64,000 nucleotides of DNA, from NCBI RefSeq assembly GCF_009914755.1, contig NC_060926.1; one strand, written 5' to 3'. The notes under the pieces were generated by a model. It was not told the DNA's origin. It worked only from the letters and a program-made list of their open reading frames with translations, and searched no databases. A program made the position numbers and the translations under genes. Numbering within the stretch: position 1 is the stretch's first letter; every line of letters begins with the position of its first letter. The stretch comes from the human T2T-CHM13v2.0 reference genome, Homo sapiens. This document shows, piece after piece, positions 18,613 through 37,335 of the stretch.

Positions 18613-20366
18613 AGAAATGTAGTGTGGCTGAATTAGCAAGTATATGACTCAATCACCGAAGTTCTCAGTATTTGAAGCTTGGTAAGAGTCACAGAGACCA
18701 ACCCTAGAATATCCATCTCAAGGCCGTCTTGTGGAGAGGAACCCATAGTTCCGAAGCATGGCTTTTTGGGCGCACAAAGCAGGTAGCACTCAGTCCTCTA
18801 TTATTGTGGTACTGCATGTGGCAGGGTTTCAGGGTCTGATGTCATCAGATACCTCCAATATTTAGCTTATCCGCCGTATCCTGAGGTCATGATTTTAAGG
18901 CAGTTTTTAACAATCGGACCACTTGTGTAACTGATTTATCTGGTTAGGTCTCAGAGTCCAGACCCCTATGATTCCCGAAATAAAATGCTATATTGTTAAT
19001 AAACAGATGCACATTCTGTCTCACGTATCATTCTCTTATGAGTTGGGTTAGCATGAATCAGTGTTCCCAAGGTCTAGTTTCCTCTACGACATAAAAAGAC
19101 TTCTGAAATAATAATAAAAATAAATAAATAAAAGTGAACTGGCCACATTTTTGAAGCAGAAAGCCAGACTCTTAGAGATTATATTGTGACGTCTCCGGGC
19201 AACGGTTGTGTTGGCCTTCCCCCTGGCAGCACCTTGGTCTGTCCCTGGATTTGTCTTCAAAATACAGAGTGGTCTCTCCATGTGTCCCCTCTATAGTTGT
19301 AGGCTTCATGCAACCATGTTGCAAGGGTCTCAGGCTGTGGAGGTATAAACCACCACTCTTCACCACTTGTCCCCTCTTTCTTGGTAGAAAATGGATACCT
19401 TAATGACATCTTGGCCAGATTCTATAACTTCTCAGTTACTCTTGGCTTTTGAAAAAGCCTCATTTCAATACTTAGACTCACTTCTGCTCTGTTGAAAGTG
19501 TTACTCTCAAGCACAATTGAAAGCCCTTTACTTCTTTACCTGCCCTAATTGCAGCCCCAGGTTAGGCTCAGCTGTTCTGCAGTGCAGTCTCCTGGAGTAG
19601 ATGAGGGATGGGTTGCAGAATAACCTCTTTACCCTTCTATCCTCCTCACTCCCTCAGATGCACAGGTTGCAGCAGAGAAACTACTCAGGTATATTAAAGC
19701 GGGAAGCTTTAAAGCAGGAAATGGCATGTCTTCTTACTTGAGTGAGTGTGAGTTCTCTCCTTCTTAACCAACAGGAATTCACTGGCTAATACTAGATGGC
19801 AAGCAGCCAAGCTGGCTCCCTCACAGGGGACAGGCAAAGGTTCTTTGGAGCTTCTTGCAGGGACCAATTCCACGGTCTGATCATGAGATCTAGTCATGGA
19901 CTCACCTACTCCACTACTTCCTAAGTTCCCACAGTGGTGTTCCATTCTGGTTCCCTTCTGCTGAAAAGTAACTCTTCTGGTTGGGCTACCTGCTTAACTA
20001 ACTTCTGCAGTGACCACTAAACTCCTGGGAAGCTGCTGGCACAGCAAAGAACATGGCTACATCTGTGCCACAGGTGCTCTCCTTAGCCCTCCTACCAATC
20101 AGCAATGTTATTTTCCCTGCTGAGATAGCACAGATTAGGAAGTCCATCACTATATAAATGTCTCTCCAAAAGTTGTCAGTCTCTTAATTACTTTATGAGT
20201 AGTTCTTATGCCAGCTCACTCTTTGGCATTGAAGAGGAAAAGATGCCCTTTTTGAGGGAAAATTGCATCAGTGCTTTCTTTTTTCTGTTCCATAGGGGCT
20301 GTTTCTAACTGTGTGAATATTTATAAACCTCAAGTATGGAGTCCCTAATGCCTTTTACCCTCAGAT

Positions 20367-20923
20367 TGAAACCCCCTTCACAGGGTAAACAGGAATTACA
20401 CCTCAGGCTTTCTGCAGAATTGTAGATAGGCACTGAACAGGGTGGGCTGGCGCATTTCAACCCACTTCCCTGCAGCTGCTAACTGAGAGTTGTATAGCAG
20501 GCTGACCACCTCCTCACCCATTGTTCCTATAAATAGACTCTCTGACACTGGACCTTGTTACCCAAGAATTGCTTACTGAGTTTTTCAGATCTTGAATTCC
20601 AGTAAAATAAGTGATGCCCACCAATCAAAGATGCCCACCAAGGAACTGACATAGCAAAGGAATGCGCTTTCTTCGTCTTCCTGTCCCAGGATATCACCCC
20701 TCACTTCTTGACCAATCAGTAATCCTTACGCTTTGGTCCATCACTCATCCCCACACCCCTTAAAAACCCCATCGCCAAACCTCTCTGGGAGGCAGAGTTG
20801 ACATTTCCTCTCATCTCCTCATTCAGCTGCCCTATGATTATTAGATTCTTTCTCTGCTGCAACCTGTGGTGTCTTGGTGTATTTACTCACCACGCAACAG
20901 GCAATGATCCTCTTTCAGCTACA
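20367..20923 (+). mobile_element. ERV1 (MER4-group, LTR26/MER41-like) solo LTR
   Basis: TGAAACC...CTACA ends, 4-bp TSD AGAT (20363-66 and 20924-27), GACCAATCAG, CCTTAAAAACCCC TATA-like box. Confidence 0.85.
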
Positions 20924-21209
20924 AGATTTAGGTCTCAGCTACAGTTCTGAGTCAATAGGAAAGAATCTCTCCCAGAATCCTGTTACATTCTTTTTGCTAC
21001 TCTGAAGTCTCTCTTGGAGGCTTATTCCCCTTTGCCATTTCTGACAACCAAATAGCAGGCATGCCACCCCCAGATGTGGCCCGGACCACAGATATCACTC
21101 TTATTATTGTTTTTAACACTTTTATTGTTAGGACAATTTAGTCTATCTGAAAAACTGTTTATTAAGCACTAAAACTTACTTTGTTATTGACAACAATTCA
21201 GCATACCCT

Positions 21210-21960
21210 TTTACTCATCCACATATTCCACATACTTACTGAAAATGTGCCATGCAGCAGGCAGTGCGGCTGAAAAGATGCAAGAGGCTGTAGCTATCTA
21301 GTTTGAGAAACAGACAAGTGAGGTGTCAAGAGGCCACAGGAGAGGGAGGAGTCTGCCTGTCCCGGAGAGAAAGAATAGGAAGAAAACTTCCTTCCCAGAA
21401 GATATGAATAAAATGCTTAACCTTAAAAAAAAGAGGAAGAGAATTTAAAGACAAAACCTTGCATATTAGTAATATTTTAGAGATTTTAAAAAGGAAATAA
21501 TATCAGTGAAAAAAGAAAAAAGAATAGGAATGTTGGCTGTCCAAATAAGACAGCAGAGTGAATCAAAAGTCAATGAAGAAGAAAGTTTCAATAATCAGAA
21601 GGGAAGTTAATAATATTGAGTGTTATAGAAAGGCCAAGCAGCTACAGGTGACTTTTGAGGGAGCAGTTTGGGAGGAAAGGAAGAAGCAAAAAGGTAAACT
21701 ACACTGGATTAAGGAGCAGTGAGTGGACAGAGAGGAAAAAAATTACTCCTTTAAGCTCCTTTAAGGATTTTGGTAAGATAAGGATGAAAGGATAACACTG
21801 GTGAGGTCCTTGTTTTTTCCTTAAATAGTGAAGAAACCTAACATGCTTGAAAGCAGAAGTGAAGGGCCAAGTGGAAATGAACAGATAAAACTGGACTTGA
21901 AAGAATGACGTTCTAGAAGGAGCAGGAAGATATGAGATTAAATATAAAGCAATCCTGTTA
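21210..21960 (-). mobile_element. Degraded L2
   Basis: Purine-rich tract with GGTGACTTTTGAGGGAGCAGTTT, a typical antisense L2 motif. Confidence 0.55.
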
Positions 21961-23520
21961 AGAAGCACGTTTTGGTATTTAAACTACCAAAACCACCTAC
22001 GTTGCTCTTCAGTAGAAGTAATCCTTGCACTGAAAACTAGAATTGATTTGCATCACTGTTTATCCTCTCAAAGTGTAAACTAAGAGACACCTTCTGCGCT
22101 ACCCTGCCACTCAAGGTATTAACTTCCAGAAGGCAAATTCTTCCTTATTTTTTATTCCTGTAAAATAAGCATCCTTTAAAATGTGAGTGAATTCATAAGG
22201 GCCACAGACCTCTAGAAGGAAGGCTGACTGAAGCGACCAGTCTCAAGTCAGAGAAGAAGAGAAGGAATAGAAATGTCCGTTCATTTTTGGGCCATGGCAT
22301 TGTCCTATTTTCTCTGGCTCAGAAGTTTCCAATTTCAATATGGGTGAAGAGAGGCAAGTGCTTACCCAAGCACCAAGTGCAAGACAGGGATAATTACATG
22401 ACAACATTTTCTCTTTTCAAAGAGCTATGATGAAGCTTTCAGGTCTTAATTCATAGAGCTTGGTGAAAGTAAACAGAAGTGAATACTAGGTCCAAGGTGG
22501 CCCCTCCCACATAAAAATTTGTGAAGAGAAAGAAAACAAGAGTAGAGGGCATGCTTTTACTGATAATAACAGATCAGATGTATCTTTGCACCATCCCCTC
22601 CGCCACATGATGTATTCAGCTGTTTTGAGGGCAAGAAGCATGAGATAAGACAAATGTGTAATTACTTCTTGACCCACTCTTCTTAGTTTTCCATTTTCAT
22701 GAGATGCCACAATTCATTATTTGCCTTGATATGTACAGAAGGACGGGGAAGCTTAGTTGATATTCATTTATTCAACAGTCTGTAATCTATATTTAATGGA
22801 GTACCAGACTGTGGCATAATAAACCGTTTAGAAAGATAGCTGCTGCGTACACAGGGGTTATTGCTTGCATAACCTGTACTTATTTTTCATTACAAAACTA
22901 AAAGAGCAAAGCATAATTCATATAAGCAAATGAAGTTAACATTTAATGGCTTGAAAAATGATAGTATGAGCTTGTATTATGCCAGGTACTGAGTAGCTGT
23001 AATATAAAGCAATGGAGTCCCCCCAAAATTGCTAAATAAAAAGCTGCTTTTGAGTGCACTGTGAAATATAGATGCCATAGCAAACAATGGGGTTCTGCTT
23101 TGTCAAGTATTGAGTGTCCCCTTGATTGGCCTCACTGGTGGCTCACCCCTCAGAGGCATCCTCTGTGCTAAGAGCATGCATGTGCTAGTAAGTCTAGAAG
23201 GGTCTTCCTGCTAGCACAGAACTTTGAAAACCTCATCTTGAGCAGTGCCCTGCTGAATACATACCAGTTCCATGACTGCCTATGGAGCCAGGGGTAGAAA
23301 TTAATCTCACCAAGAGTCATGAATGAGAAGAATATAAACCCCTGACTCTTGGTGACATACAGGCACCAACATAAGTGTCATGAATTTCAAATGTTGCCCT
23401 GTGGAGTAGTGCAAGTCTGGCAAAAACTTTTACAACTATAGCAAAATTAAAAACATAAGGACAACATCATGAGTTTTTCAAGTAGTTCCATGTAATCTAT
23501 TTGAAGGATTTTCTATTTTC

Positions 23521-24258
23521 TTTTTAATTTCAGCTTTTATTTTAGGTTTGGGAGGTACATGTGAAGGTTTGTTACATGAGTTTGTTGTGTGATGCTGAGG
23601 TTTGGGGTACAAATGATCCTGCCACCCAGGTAGTGAGGATCGAACCCAGTAGGTAGTTTTTCAGCCCCTGCCTGCCTCCATCTCTCCCCAATGTCTGCTC
23701 CCATTTTTATGTCCATGAGTAAACAGTGTTTAGCTCCCACTTATAAGTGAGAGCATGTGATATTTCATTTTCTGTTCCTTTGTTAATCTGCTTAAGATAA
23801 TGGCCTCAGTCTGCATCCATGTTGCTACAAAGGACATGATTTCATTACATTTTTAAGGCTGGGCAGTATTCTATGGTGTATGTGTACCACATATTCTTTA
23901 TCCAGTCCACCATTGATAGACACCTAAATTGATTTCTTATCTTTGGTATTGTGAATTGCACTGTGATCAATATACTAGTACGGTTGTTTTTTTGGTAGAA
24001 CAATTTTCTTTTTTCTGGATATATACTCCAAATTGCGTTTCACAATGGTTGAAGTAATTTATATTTCCACTAAAAGTGAATAAGCCTTCCCTTTTCTCCA
24101 AAGCAACTCCAGCATCTGTTTTTTTGTTTTTTGTTTTTTGTTTTTGACTTTTTAATAACAGCCATTTTGGCTGGTGTGAGATGGTATCTCATTGTGGTTT
24201 TGATTTGGCTTTCTCTGATAATTAGTGAAGAAGACATACAAGTGGCCAATAAACATAT
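23521..24258 (-). mobile_element. L1PA15-17-like 5'-truncated element with a 30-bp 5' inversion (24229-24258)
   Basis: 3' end GTTGTGTGATGCTGAGGTTTGGGG; sense piece AGAAGACATACAAGTGGCCAATAAACATAT at the 5' junction; degenerate TSD AAGGA(T/C)TTTC(T/A)AT. Confidence 0.88.
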
Positions 24259-25609
24259 AAAGGACTTTCAATGTTTTTTTAAAATTCTTTTTGATAAGTC
24301 ACTGTTTTGATTATGAAACAGTGATGATAACAGATGGTAGATCTGATTATTTAAAAAAATATTCATGTGACCGAATAACAAAACTGGCAACTTAATTCCA
24401 GTTATTAAAAAATTTAAAATCATTAGAATCATGGTTTTAGATTTCTCATCCTCAAAGAATGATACAGACCAATTTCTGTATGCAGAAGCCATCTTGGTAT
24501 TCATAGATACTACTGAGAATTATACTTTCTTAAATCTATGTCCAACTTGGCTTATGAAGTAGTTGTTTTATTCTGTCTTTCCTTACCATTGGTTCTCCAT
24601 TTGCAAAAATTTGGCTGCTAGAAGAATGTTTACACATACGCATTCTCAGGCCTCTCAATTTCTCTACGCACTAGCAATTTCATTTGACATGGTGTACCAA
24701 TAAAATGGATTACCACACCATATATTATAGCTTTTACTGGGAAGTGTGGGCAATAACAACAATAAATCCCTGCTTTTATTTCTATAACCATGTTTATATA
24801 TTTCTATAATAGTGTCTTGTGGGCCAAGGAGCAAGAAGCAAAAGCTTAATTATGAAATGGGTTAGCAATGTGCTAGGGATGTGCTACTATGGGATGTTGT
24901 GGAAAATTGAATGCTCACAGCTGTATATTATCAAAGACCATCCATAATGCCTAGAAACAAGATCCCAGGTACCTCAGGTTATTTAAATATTTTCAACCTA
25001 CGTCACTGGGCATTTTTGTTTGCTCCAACATGTAACTCCAGCTCCTCATGCTGCTGCTTAAATATGACAGAGTAATAATTTATATTAGTCCTGAAGGAAA
25101 AGAGAAGGGGTGCTACAAGTCACAGCATAACTTTTCTATAGCAGGTCACAGTAAGACTCAATATAAAGATGGTTGGATGGGGAAAAAAAAGATGACAGAG
25201 TCCAGTCCATAGCAGGCCAAACCAACAAATGGATAAATCCCTTCCAATTAAACACAGGGATCAGAAGGCAGAAATGGGCACATGGCCAAACCATAGTAAA
25301 CTGCCTTGGAATCAGCTTCATTGTACTAAGTGGAAGCCTGATTTCTGTCCCTATGTTAATATTATAATTTTCTGATCACACACAACTTGTATATACTGTT
25401 TCAATGCCTCATAGGGATATAGTGATTTGTTTGGGGCAGGTGGCATTAAGAAATGCTTAGTAAAATCTCAAAAGAAGGAGTCTAGAAAGTGAGATGTACC
25501 TTTTAATGTATTCTGAACGCTGAGAAGTTCATATGATACCTCCTCAGCTATATCAGTTCACATTGTAAACAACACCAATGAGGTTTAGTTTCAAAGAGAG
25601 TCATTATCA

Positions 25610-25650
25610 TCACTATCACCACCACCACTACCACCACTACCAATATCATC
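25610..25650. repeat. Degenerate (CAC)n repeat
   Basis: Direct reading. Confidence 0.6.
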
Positions 25651-25659
25651 ATTGCAATT

Positions 25660-25865
25660 AATGTTTGTTGAATTTTCATTATGTACCAGGTGCTACGCTA
25701 TGTGCTTTACAATTATTTTATTTAATCCTTACAACAAACTTACTAAATATTTTCTATTATTTGTTCCCTTTCTATAGAGAAAAAAAAACCAGACAAACAT
25801 GTATCTGACTTTCCCAAGGTCCCACAGAGCCTGACACCTGAAGTCAGAATCTTATTCTCTACCTT
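25660..25865 (-). mobile_element. MIR relic
   Basis: TATGTACCAGGTGCT..TTTAATCCTTACAACAA..GACTTTCCCAAGGTCCCACAG core. Confidence 0.65.
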
Positions 25866-27677
25866 ATTCCTGTGGTCACTGACATTCTCTACAGTTTGAA
25901 GAGGGAGCCTGGTATAAATGGCTGGGGCAAAACTTCATTTTCTTTTGCTGCCATTGGAAATAGATAACAACAAGTGACTATATGTTACACAACTAACCCT
26001 AAATATATTTACCATTCTTTTTTGTTATTCTCAAAAGGCCAGTATTCTCATTTAAACACCCTACTTTTGGGTCTCCTCATATATTCTGAAATTTTCCATA
26101 AACAGGCTTTCATTAGCCTAATACAGATTCAGTTCCTTATTGTTCCCACAGAACAATGGTCTTTTGATAGATTTCAGTATCAATAATACTTTAAGCAAAG
26201 CAATAAGTATTTGTTTATCTTATAAATTCTGGCGCTAAAAGAAACATTGGATTATGCAAATGTTGTAGCTAATTGAATCCAAAGTGCCTAAGTAACCTGC
26301 CTTAGTTCATAAACGGTTGATAGGAGAGCAGGTACTGTATGTCAGTCCTGATATTTTCCATCTTTGCTTTGACAGCACTGGCAGAGGGAAATACATTTTT
26401 TTTTTTTTTGCCAGAAGTCTTCAGTATGGGCTTTCTATAGAAAGAAGGATTCTTCTTTGGCACCAAAAGTAAATCAAATCTATGCCACTACTGCATGGAG
26501 AAGGGGAAAATTAAAAAAAATTAAATTAAAAATTAAAAAAACAGCAACAATGAAACAAACATACAAACAAAAAGCTTTCCTGTATATCAGGCTTTTCCAT
26601 GTAAGGTTGCTGAACACTGTCTCTTTGCCTTGATTTTTCAGGAGTCTGCTTTCTCTCACACCTGATTTTCACTAGAAATTGTGTGGTCTCTCTAAATAAA
26701 GAGCAGGTTCAAACCTATATAGTCCCACACCCTGTTACTAGAACCCTGCTGGCATGAGGCTTCACTTGAGCAATTTCTGTTTTTAAAAATGGAGTGAGAA
26801 TGTATAGCACATTCTCTGCCCACACTTAGCAAATTAGTGATCAAATGTCACCCACAAACAGGACGGTTAATGATTTTCTTTAAGCTGAAACAGAAGTTGA
26901 TCACTGGAAAAAGGAAACAATGCTCTCTTTACTCTCTGCTTGGGATGTGATGCAGGGTTGACTGAGGACTCTATTTAAAACTCAGCAACACAATTCTCAC
27001 AAACGCTGGGCAAAGCAAATCTTCAAGCCCAGAAAATGAGAAATTCAGAAAGTAATGACTAAATCAATAGTATCTATAACCTGGGATGGAAGGAATGCCT
27101 TATCTGCAGTATTGATAATTATTTGTAATACACAGAGACTTACTTAATGTTCAGATATAGATGAGGACACAGGCACTCATCAACTGAATTGGCTGAGAAA
27201 TATAGCAGAATGAAGAACAGAAAAAACATACTTAATCCTTCACTTGGAGAAAGGCAGTTAACATAATTTTCAATCCTGTAATTAGAGACACTTTAGATTT
27301 GGTAAAGCAGTATAAACAATAGGAGATGGGTAACAGTATCCCAGCTCTGCTGGAACCTGCAGGATTGAAGCAAATAAGAAACGCTTTGGTATTATTAGTG
27401 ACTGGCTCTGGGACCAGGCAAGACTGGGTGGGGCTGCAGGTGGGAACATCTGCAGCTGTTAGTGTGAGCAGCTGGGAGGGCAGGCTCAGGAAGAGGAATG
27501 AAAGATGCTGACAAACAGGCCGGATGCTGATTAATCCTTCTCTTGGGAGCAGGGCAAGAATATTGACCATTTAACAATTTTTTTCCATGTGTTTGGTTAA
27601 TTTACATTCACTAAATCATGGTGTCAAGCCCTATCTTAAGTTTGTTTGTTGTTTGTGTGTCTGTTTGTTTTTAGTAA

Positions 27678-27953
<276 letters not shown>

Positions 27954-28672
27954 CTAATAAATAAATTACACAAAATAATTATTACTAGAATATAGACATC
28001 ATCTCTTTCAAGCCTCTCAGATGAGTTAAGATGGGATGAGTCTTTGTCCCCCAACCCCCTTGGTCCGCTACTGTAGCTCACTGAAGCAGAGGATGCCCAA
28101 CTAGGCACTTGTGAGACTGAGCTCAGAACTGCACATGGAAGGGAACAACACTCTCCGGGTAACTAGCAGGGTAGTGGAACCACCTCCAAGCAGTGCTGTA
28201 GATGGGAGGGCAGCCCCATGTGACCACAAACTTTGTGCACGCTCTGCTTTTATTGCAGCTGGAGTCTTGTGGTGTTTTACTGTGGAAAGAAGTGTGATTT
28301 CCCACTAACTAGTGACTAGTTAAGAGAAAGGCGCACAATGCCAAAAAGCAGAGTAAAGGAGAAAGCAACAACAGGCAGATGTGTAGCAATCAAGGCAGCA
28401 ATGCCTCCTAGTACAAGGGATTTTGAGGGCATATTTCTGAGGAAGACACTTATCAAAACAGAATCAGAGGCGCGATGAGATGTGTCTGGCTAGACTACGG
28501 AGAAGATGCCTCCTCACCAAAATGCTGCCATCCTAAATGCCTGACTCAGTGTCGGGGTGCCTTAGCTCTCTGGGAGCATGTTGTTCTGCACCTTGTACCC
28601 CTTAAGGGTGGAAGCCGCTCAGTGGTCCTGCAGATGAGTGTCAGGGATTAAGAATTGACAACAACTTGGACT

Positions 28673-32269
<3,597 letters not shown>

Positions 32270-32339
32270 TTTCCCCATGACAACACTCACAAATTGGAGC
32301 TTTCTCTGGCAAACAAGGACATATGGACACCCTATTAAA

Positions 32340-32860
32340 TAAAATCTCATCAATCTCCTTCTTAAAGTTTTCCTACGACCTCTCGTCCCATGAAGAATAA
32401 ATTACAACCCCCATGCTGGGCCTTGCAAAGCTTCTTCTAAGACTTCATCTCATCTCTTTGTTCCACTTGCTCCAGGCCTCTGGCCTTTGTTCCAACCCCT
32501 AAAGTACAAAGCTCTATTGCTTCTGGAGGCCTCTGCATTTATTGCCCACTCTACTGAAGGTGATTTTTCCCTCTATCTTTGCACAGCTGACTTCTCAGCC
32601 TTCAAATTTGCTCATGTGTAACCTCCTCTAAGAAGCCTTCCTTGGTTATTGTATCAAATATAGCCCTTCTGTCCTTTCACTCTCTATCATGTTAACTTGA
32701 TCAGTTGCCTATCCAGCACTCAGCCCATCTGGCTTTCTATTTTTTATTGTTTTACTTTCCCTTTTAGATACAAGATCCGTGAAACCAGAAATCTTGTTGT
32801 GTCTTTAGTAATTGGGTTAGCATTTGGCATATACATAGTCTTTGTTCATAAAATAAATAC
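32340..32860 (+). mobile_element. L2 3' relic
   Basis: Pyrimidine-rich tract with ACCTCCTCTAAGAAGCCTTCC and TTGGCATATACATAG motifs. Confidence 0.6.
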
Positions 32861-32979
32861 AATTTTAAATTATGTTCAAATACATAATTGGCAAATCACA
32901 AGAAGTATATGAGATGAAAACTCTTTGTAATGTAAGAAGCGATATGGAAAACCAAGATAGAGACATAAGCTACATATCC

Positions 32980-33150
32980 TTATAAATATTTATATCCTGT
33001 AAATATAAATATATATACAGATATTTATATCAGTGCGTATATACATGTATACATGAATATATACATATATACACATATACATATAAATACACATATATAC
33101 ATATATAAATATATATATACACATTACATATATATATGGAGAGAGAGAAA
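32980..33150. repeat. (TA)/(CATA) low-complexity repeat
   Basis: Direct reading. Confidence 0.8.
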
Positions 33151-33744
33151 GAAACTATTATAAATTAATAGGTGTAAGTTCTTCCATCAGCAGGCTACAC
33201 TCAGATAATACAATATATTATACCATCTGGTTAGCAGAGTGTGTAGTGAAAGAGTTAAACTTGACTGGTGAGGAAGCCAAGTTGGAAGGCACCAGAGATG
33301 TGTAATCAGATGTCTGATCTCTGGTGGAGGCAGCCTCTATATCACATCTATTATGAGTGATACAGATGCAGAAGACTGTATTCTTCATATCATTACACTT
33401 ATATACAGTGTTATTTTCCTTCCGGAAATCTTAGGCTGCATAGCCTGGAGGTATTCAATAAAACTGAGAGGGAACACTAGAAGTGAATCATGCCAGTTTG
33501 GCATTTCCAGTTCTGCTGTGACCGCTAGACCAAAATATAGTCTGTGGGCCTCTTTTTCATTAGCATGAAACTGCCGGGTTTTAAAAACAGTTTATCCGTT
33601 GAATTAATCTCCAACCTGTCTTTCACACAGGGCAGATACAGCTCCCTGCATCAGTCTTCCTATTCTGAAACGCTCTTATTTTATTTGTGTGCATTCTGGG
33701 TAATGAATAACGATGTTTTGTCCTTAGAGAATGCCATTCTCTAA

Positions 33745-33900
33745 AATAGCTCCTAGCATTTTGTAAATGTTAACTCATTAGACCTCATACAGTCCACTGC
33801 CACCTATCACACACCGAGGTAGGTCAAAGGCATCATATTTCACATTTTACAGATGGAGGAATTTTAGGAACTTCAACCCAAGGTCACCCACAGCCAGTAG
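33745..33900 (-). mobile_element. MIR relic
   Basis: CACATTTTACAGATGGAGGAA..CCCAAGGTCACCCACAGC core. Confidence 0.65.
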
Positions 33901-34129
33901 CCCAACAGGAGAAGACAAGGGACAGAAATATTACCCCAGAATCACACAGATCTCACTCTGCCCTCTGAGAGAGCCAAGGGGAGCAGTCTCAGAGACATGT
34001 GAGGATGGTGACACTGGCATTCTACTCACAGTCAAGATCCAGATGGGGCTGGGGGACAAGAGGTGAATCACACTGCTTTTGCCCCCTACTTGCTTTATGA
34101 TGGCAAAACATGATTAAAATGAATACCAA

Positions 34130-34510
34130 AGCAAACCTCCAGTTCCATTATATCAGAGACAAATTCAGTTCAGTCCAGTTCAACCCTCTCCTCCAGGCAC
34201 TTGGCTGAAGTGTTCAGAGATTACAGAACCCAGTTCTTAGATCATCCCTGGAAGAGCTGGTACTGCTGAAAGCATGGTCCCACCTTGGGGAAGTGAGCTA
34301 CTTGCTAGGATTCCCACTTCCAGCCCTCAATTCCTCTTTGGCTTTTTAGTGATACACATCGCCCAAGTAGTAACACATTGCACTGGCTGCTTTTCAGTTT
34401 TCCTGGCCCCATGTCCCTTCTTCCCCACCATCACAACCCTGGGCTTGCACCTCACAAATAAAGAGTCCTCACTTTAATTTTTGCCTTTGTCTCTGCTTTC
34501 CTATTACCAG
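34130..34510 (+). mobile_element. ERVL LTR relic (LTR33/LTR16-like)
   Basis: GCACCTCACAAATAAAG...TTTGCCTTTGTCTCTGCTTTCCT 3' signature. Confidence 0.5.
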
Positions 34511-36000
34511 TCAAGGGGACTAGGGAAAAGGAAAACATCTAAGAACAATAAGAGGTTTTCAACGTCTCTTCCTAAAACAAAAGGGTACTGCAGACATTGA
34601 ATAATACAGACAATGAATAATACAGAGTACAACAGAACTTAGGAGTATATTATATTTTGGCTCTATTACCCTACTCATCCATAGCTTAGCTTCCCTATCA
34701 AGGAGGATGCAGTTTCGTTCACATTTCCCAATGCATTGAGAGTAAGAGGGAAAGGAAGAAAGCAAGAGCTGGGGAGAACGTGCCTTCCTCACCATCTCAA
34801 TGTGATGCCCTGGGTTTGTGGTCAGGATTGTTTCCAGTGTCAAAAATGTAATAGAACATGAAACATGATAGAAGTCACGTCAGCCATGTCACTTGTGAGA
34901 TATAAGTCACAATTATCTTTATACTGAGACAATGTCAATATCAATTTTTTCCCCTTAATATATAAACTACAACCAAACAACAGCCTGTCTGCCTTTTGAA
35001 TGGGAATATGTGCTGTCCAACATGTATAATATACACACAAACAACAAGAACAACATCAGCTGTGTAGTCACAAATGCTTGTGACCCTGAACACATAGGGA
35101 AATGGCAACCACATTGATTCTCTTTGTCTTACCAAACTTGAATTCCACCTATGCCTAATCATCACCAACACAAGAGAGATGATTTGTAGAGGGAGCAAAG
35201 ATAGTTTTTGGCATCCTGCAGACAGCACTCTCTATTCCTTCTTTCACCTTTACTTCAGGAAAAAGCTGCGCAAATGGGTCAGTCCTCACAACTGAAAACA
35301 TTCCTCACTCCCCAAAATAAGATGGAACTTAACAAAGAAATTAGACTGTGTGGAAGAAAATATGACATCAATATTAATTTGGTCACCATTCATCAATACA
35401 ATTCCCTCCATTTAACTACCTAAAAGAATCAACAAAATGAATGTACAATCCTACAACTTACATAATTTTAGGCCATTTCCAATTTTCTGTCATTGAAAGC
35501 AGTTTTATATTCCACATCTTTGCACTTATATCCTAATATTCATGCCGCAGTATATTTGTGAGAGTGAAGCAGGAGTTTTGGATATTTTCTCTCATTTTTA
35601 AATTGTAATAGAAATGGCTAATTCATTGACTAATTAAAACTGTATAAAATATCAATTTTTCCTACCCTACAGCCAGCAGTGAGCTTTAAACACACAACGA
35701 ATTATTCAGTCTTTTTCATTTTGATAGATGAGAGAAATAATTATAAATCTTTTCTGATTTCAGGGTCTTCCATTCAAAAGTTTCCTGAAAGTGACACATG
35801 GATTTTCTTTGACGATACCTGGCCTGGAAGTGGAGAGGTGACTTCAGCAAGAAAAATTCTAGCAACCCACCTATGTTCTGTGTGTCTGCATTACACAATG
35901 GACTTTCAGAGATAATTTCAAAGTTATCTCAAAAGTTCTGAGACTACTGAATATTTGGAAAATGCACTGGACTAAATGATCACTAAAGTCTCTCCTATCC

Positions 36001-36400
36001 TGTTCAGTGAAGGTTCAGCCAAAGAAGTAGACCTAGTAGGAGATATATTTTACAATATTTACTGCAAGGTATTGGCTTACACAATGAGGGTGGCTGGTTA
36101 TGCATGTCTAAAATTTGTATGACAGGCCTTCAGGAAGAACAGGCTGGAATGACGGCTGGGTATGAGCTGAAGCTGCTGTTCACAGATAGAATGTCTTCAT
36201 TAAGCCTCAGTTCTGCTCCTGAAGCCTGTCAACTGATTGGATCAGGTCCAACTAGATTATTTAGGATAATCTTCCTTACTGAAAGTCAACTGATTATGGA
36301 TTTCAATCACTTCTACAAAATACCTTCCTGGCAAAACCTATATTAGAGTTTGATTAAATAACTAGAGCCTAGTCAAGTTAACACATAAATGGCCATCACA
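36001..36400 (-). mobile_element. MLT2-family (ERVL) LTR
   Basis: Ends AGTCAAGTTAACACATAAATGGCCATCACA (reverse complement of the MLT2 start); TCAACTGATTGGATCAGG. Confidence 0.8.
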
Positions 36401-36524
36401 CCAGCTTGTCTCACTTTATATATATTTAGTACAAAGAGAAGGTAGGCCTTAGTTATTTTCAGATTTATAATGGCTATATCTCTAGCTACTCTAAAGGACA
36501 AGTATTTTCCCTTATTAATTAATT

Positions 36525-37335
<811 letters not shown>

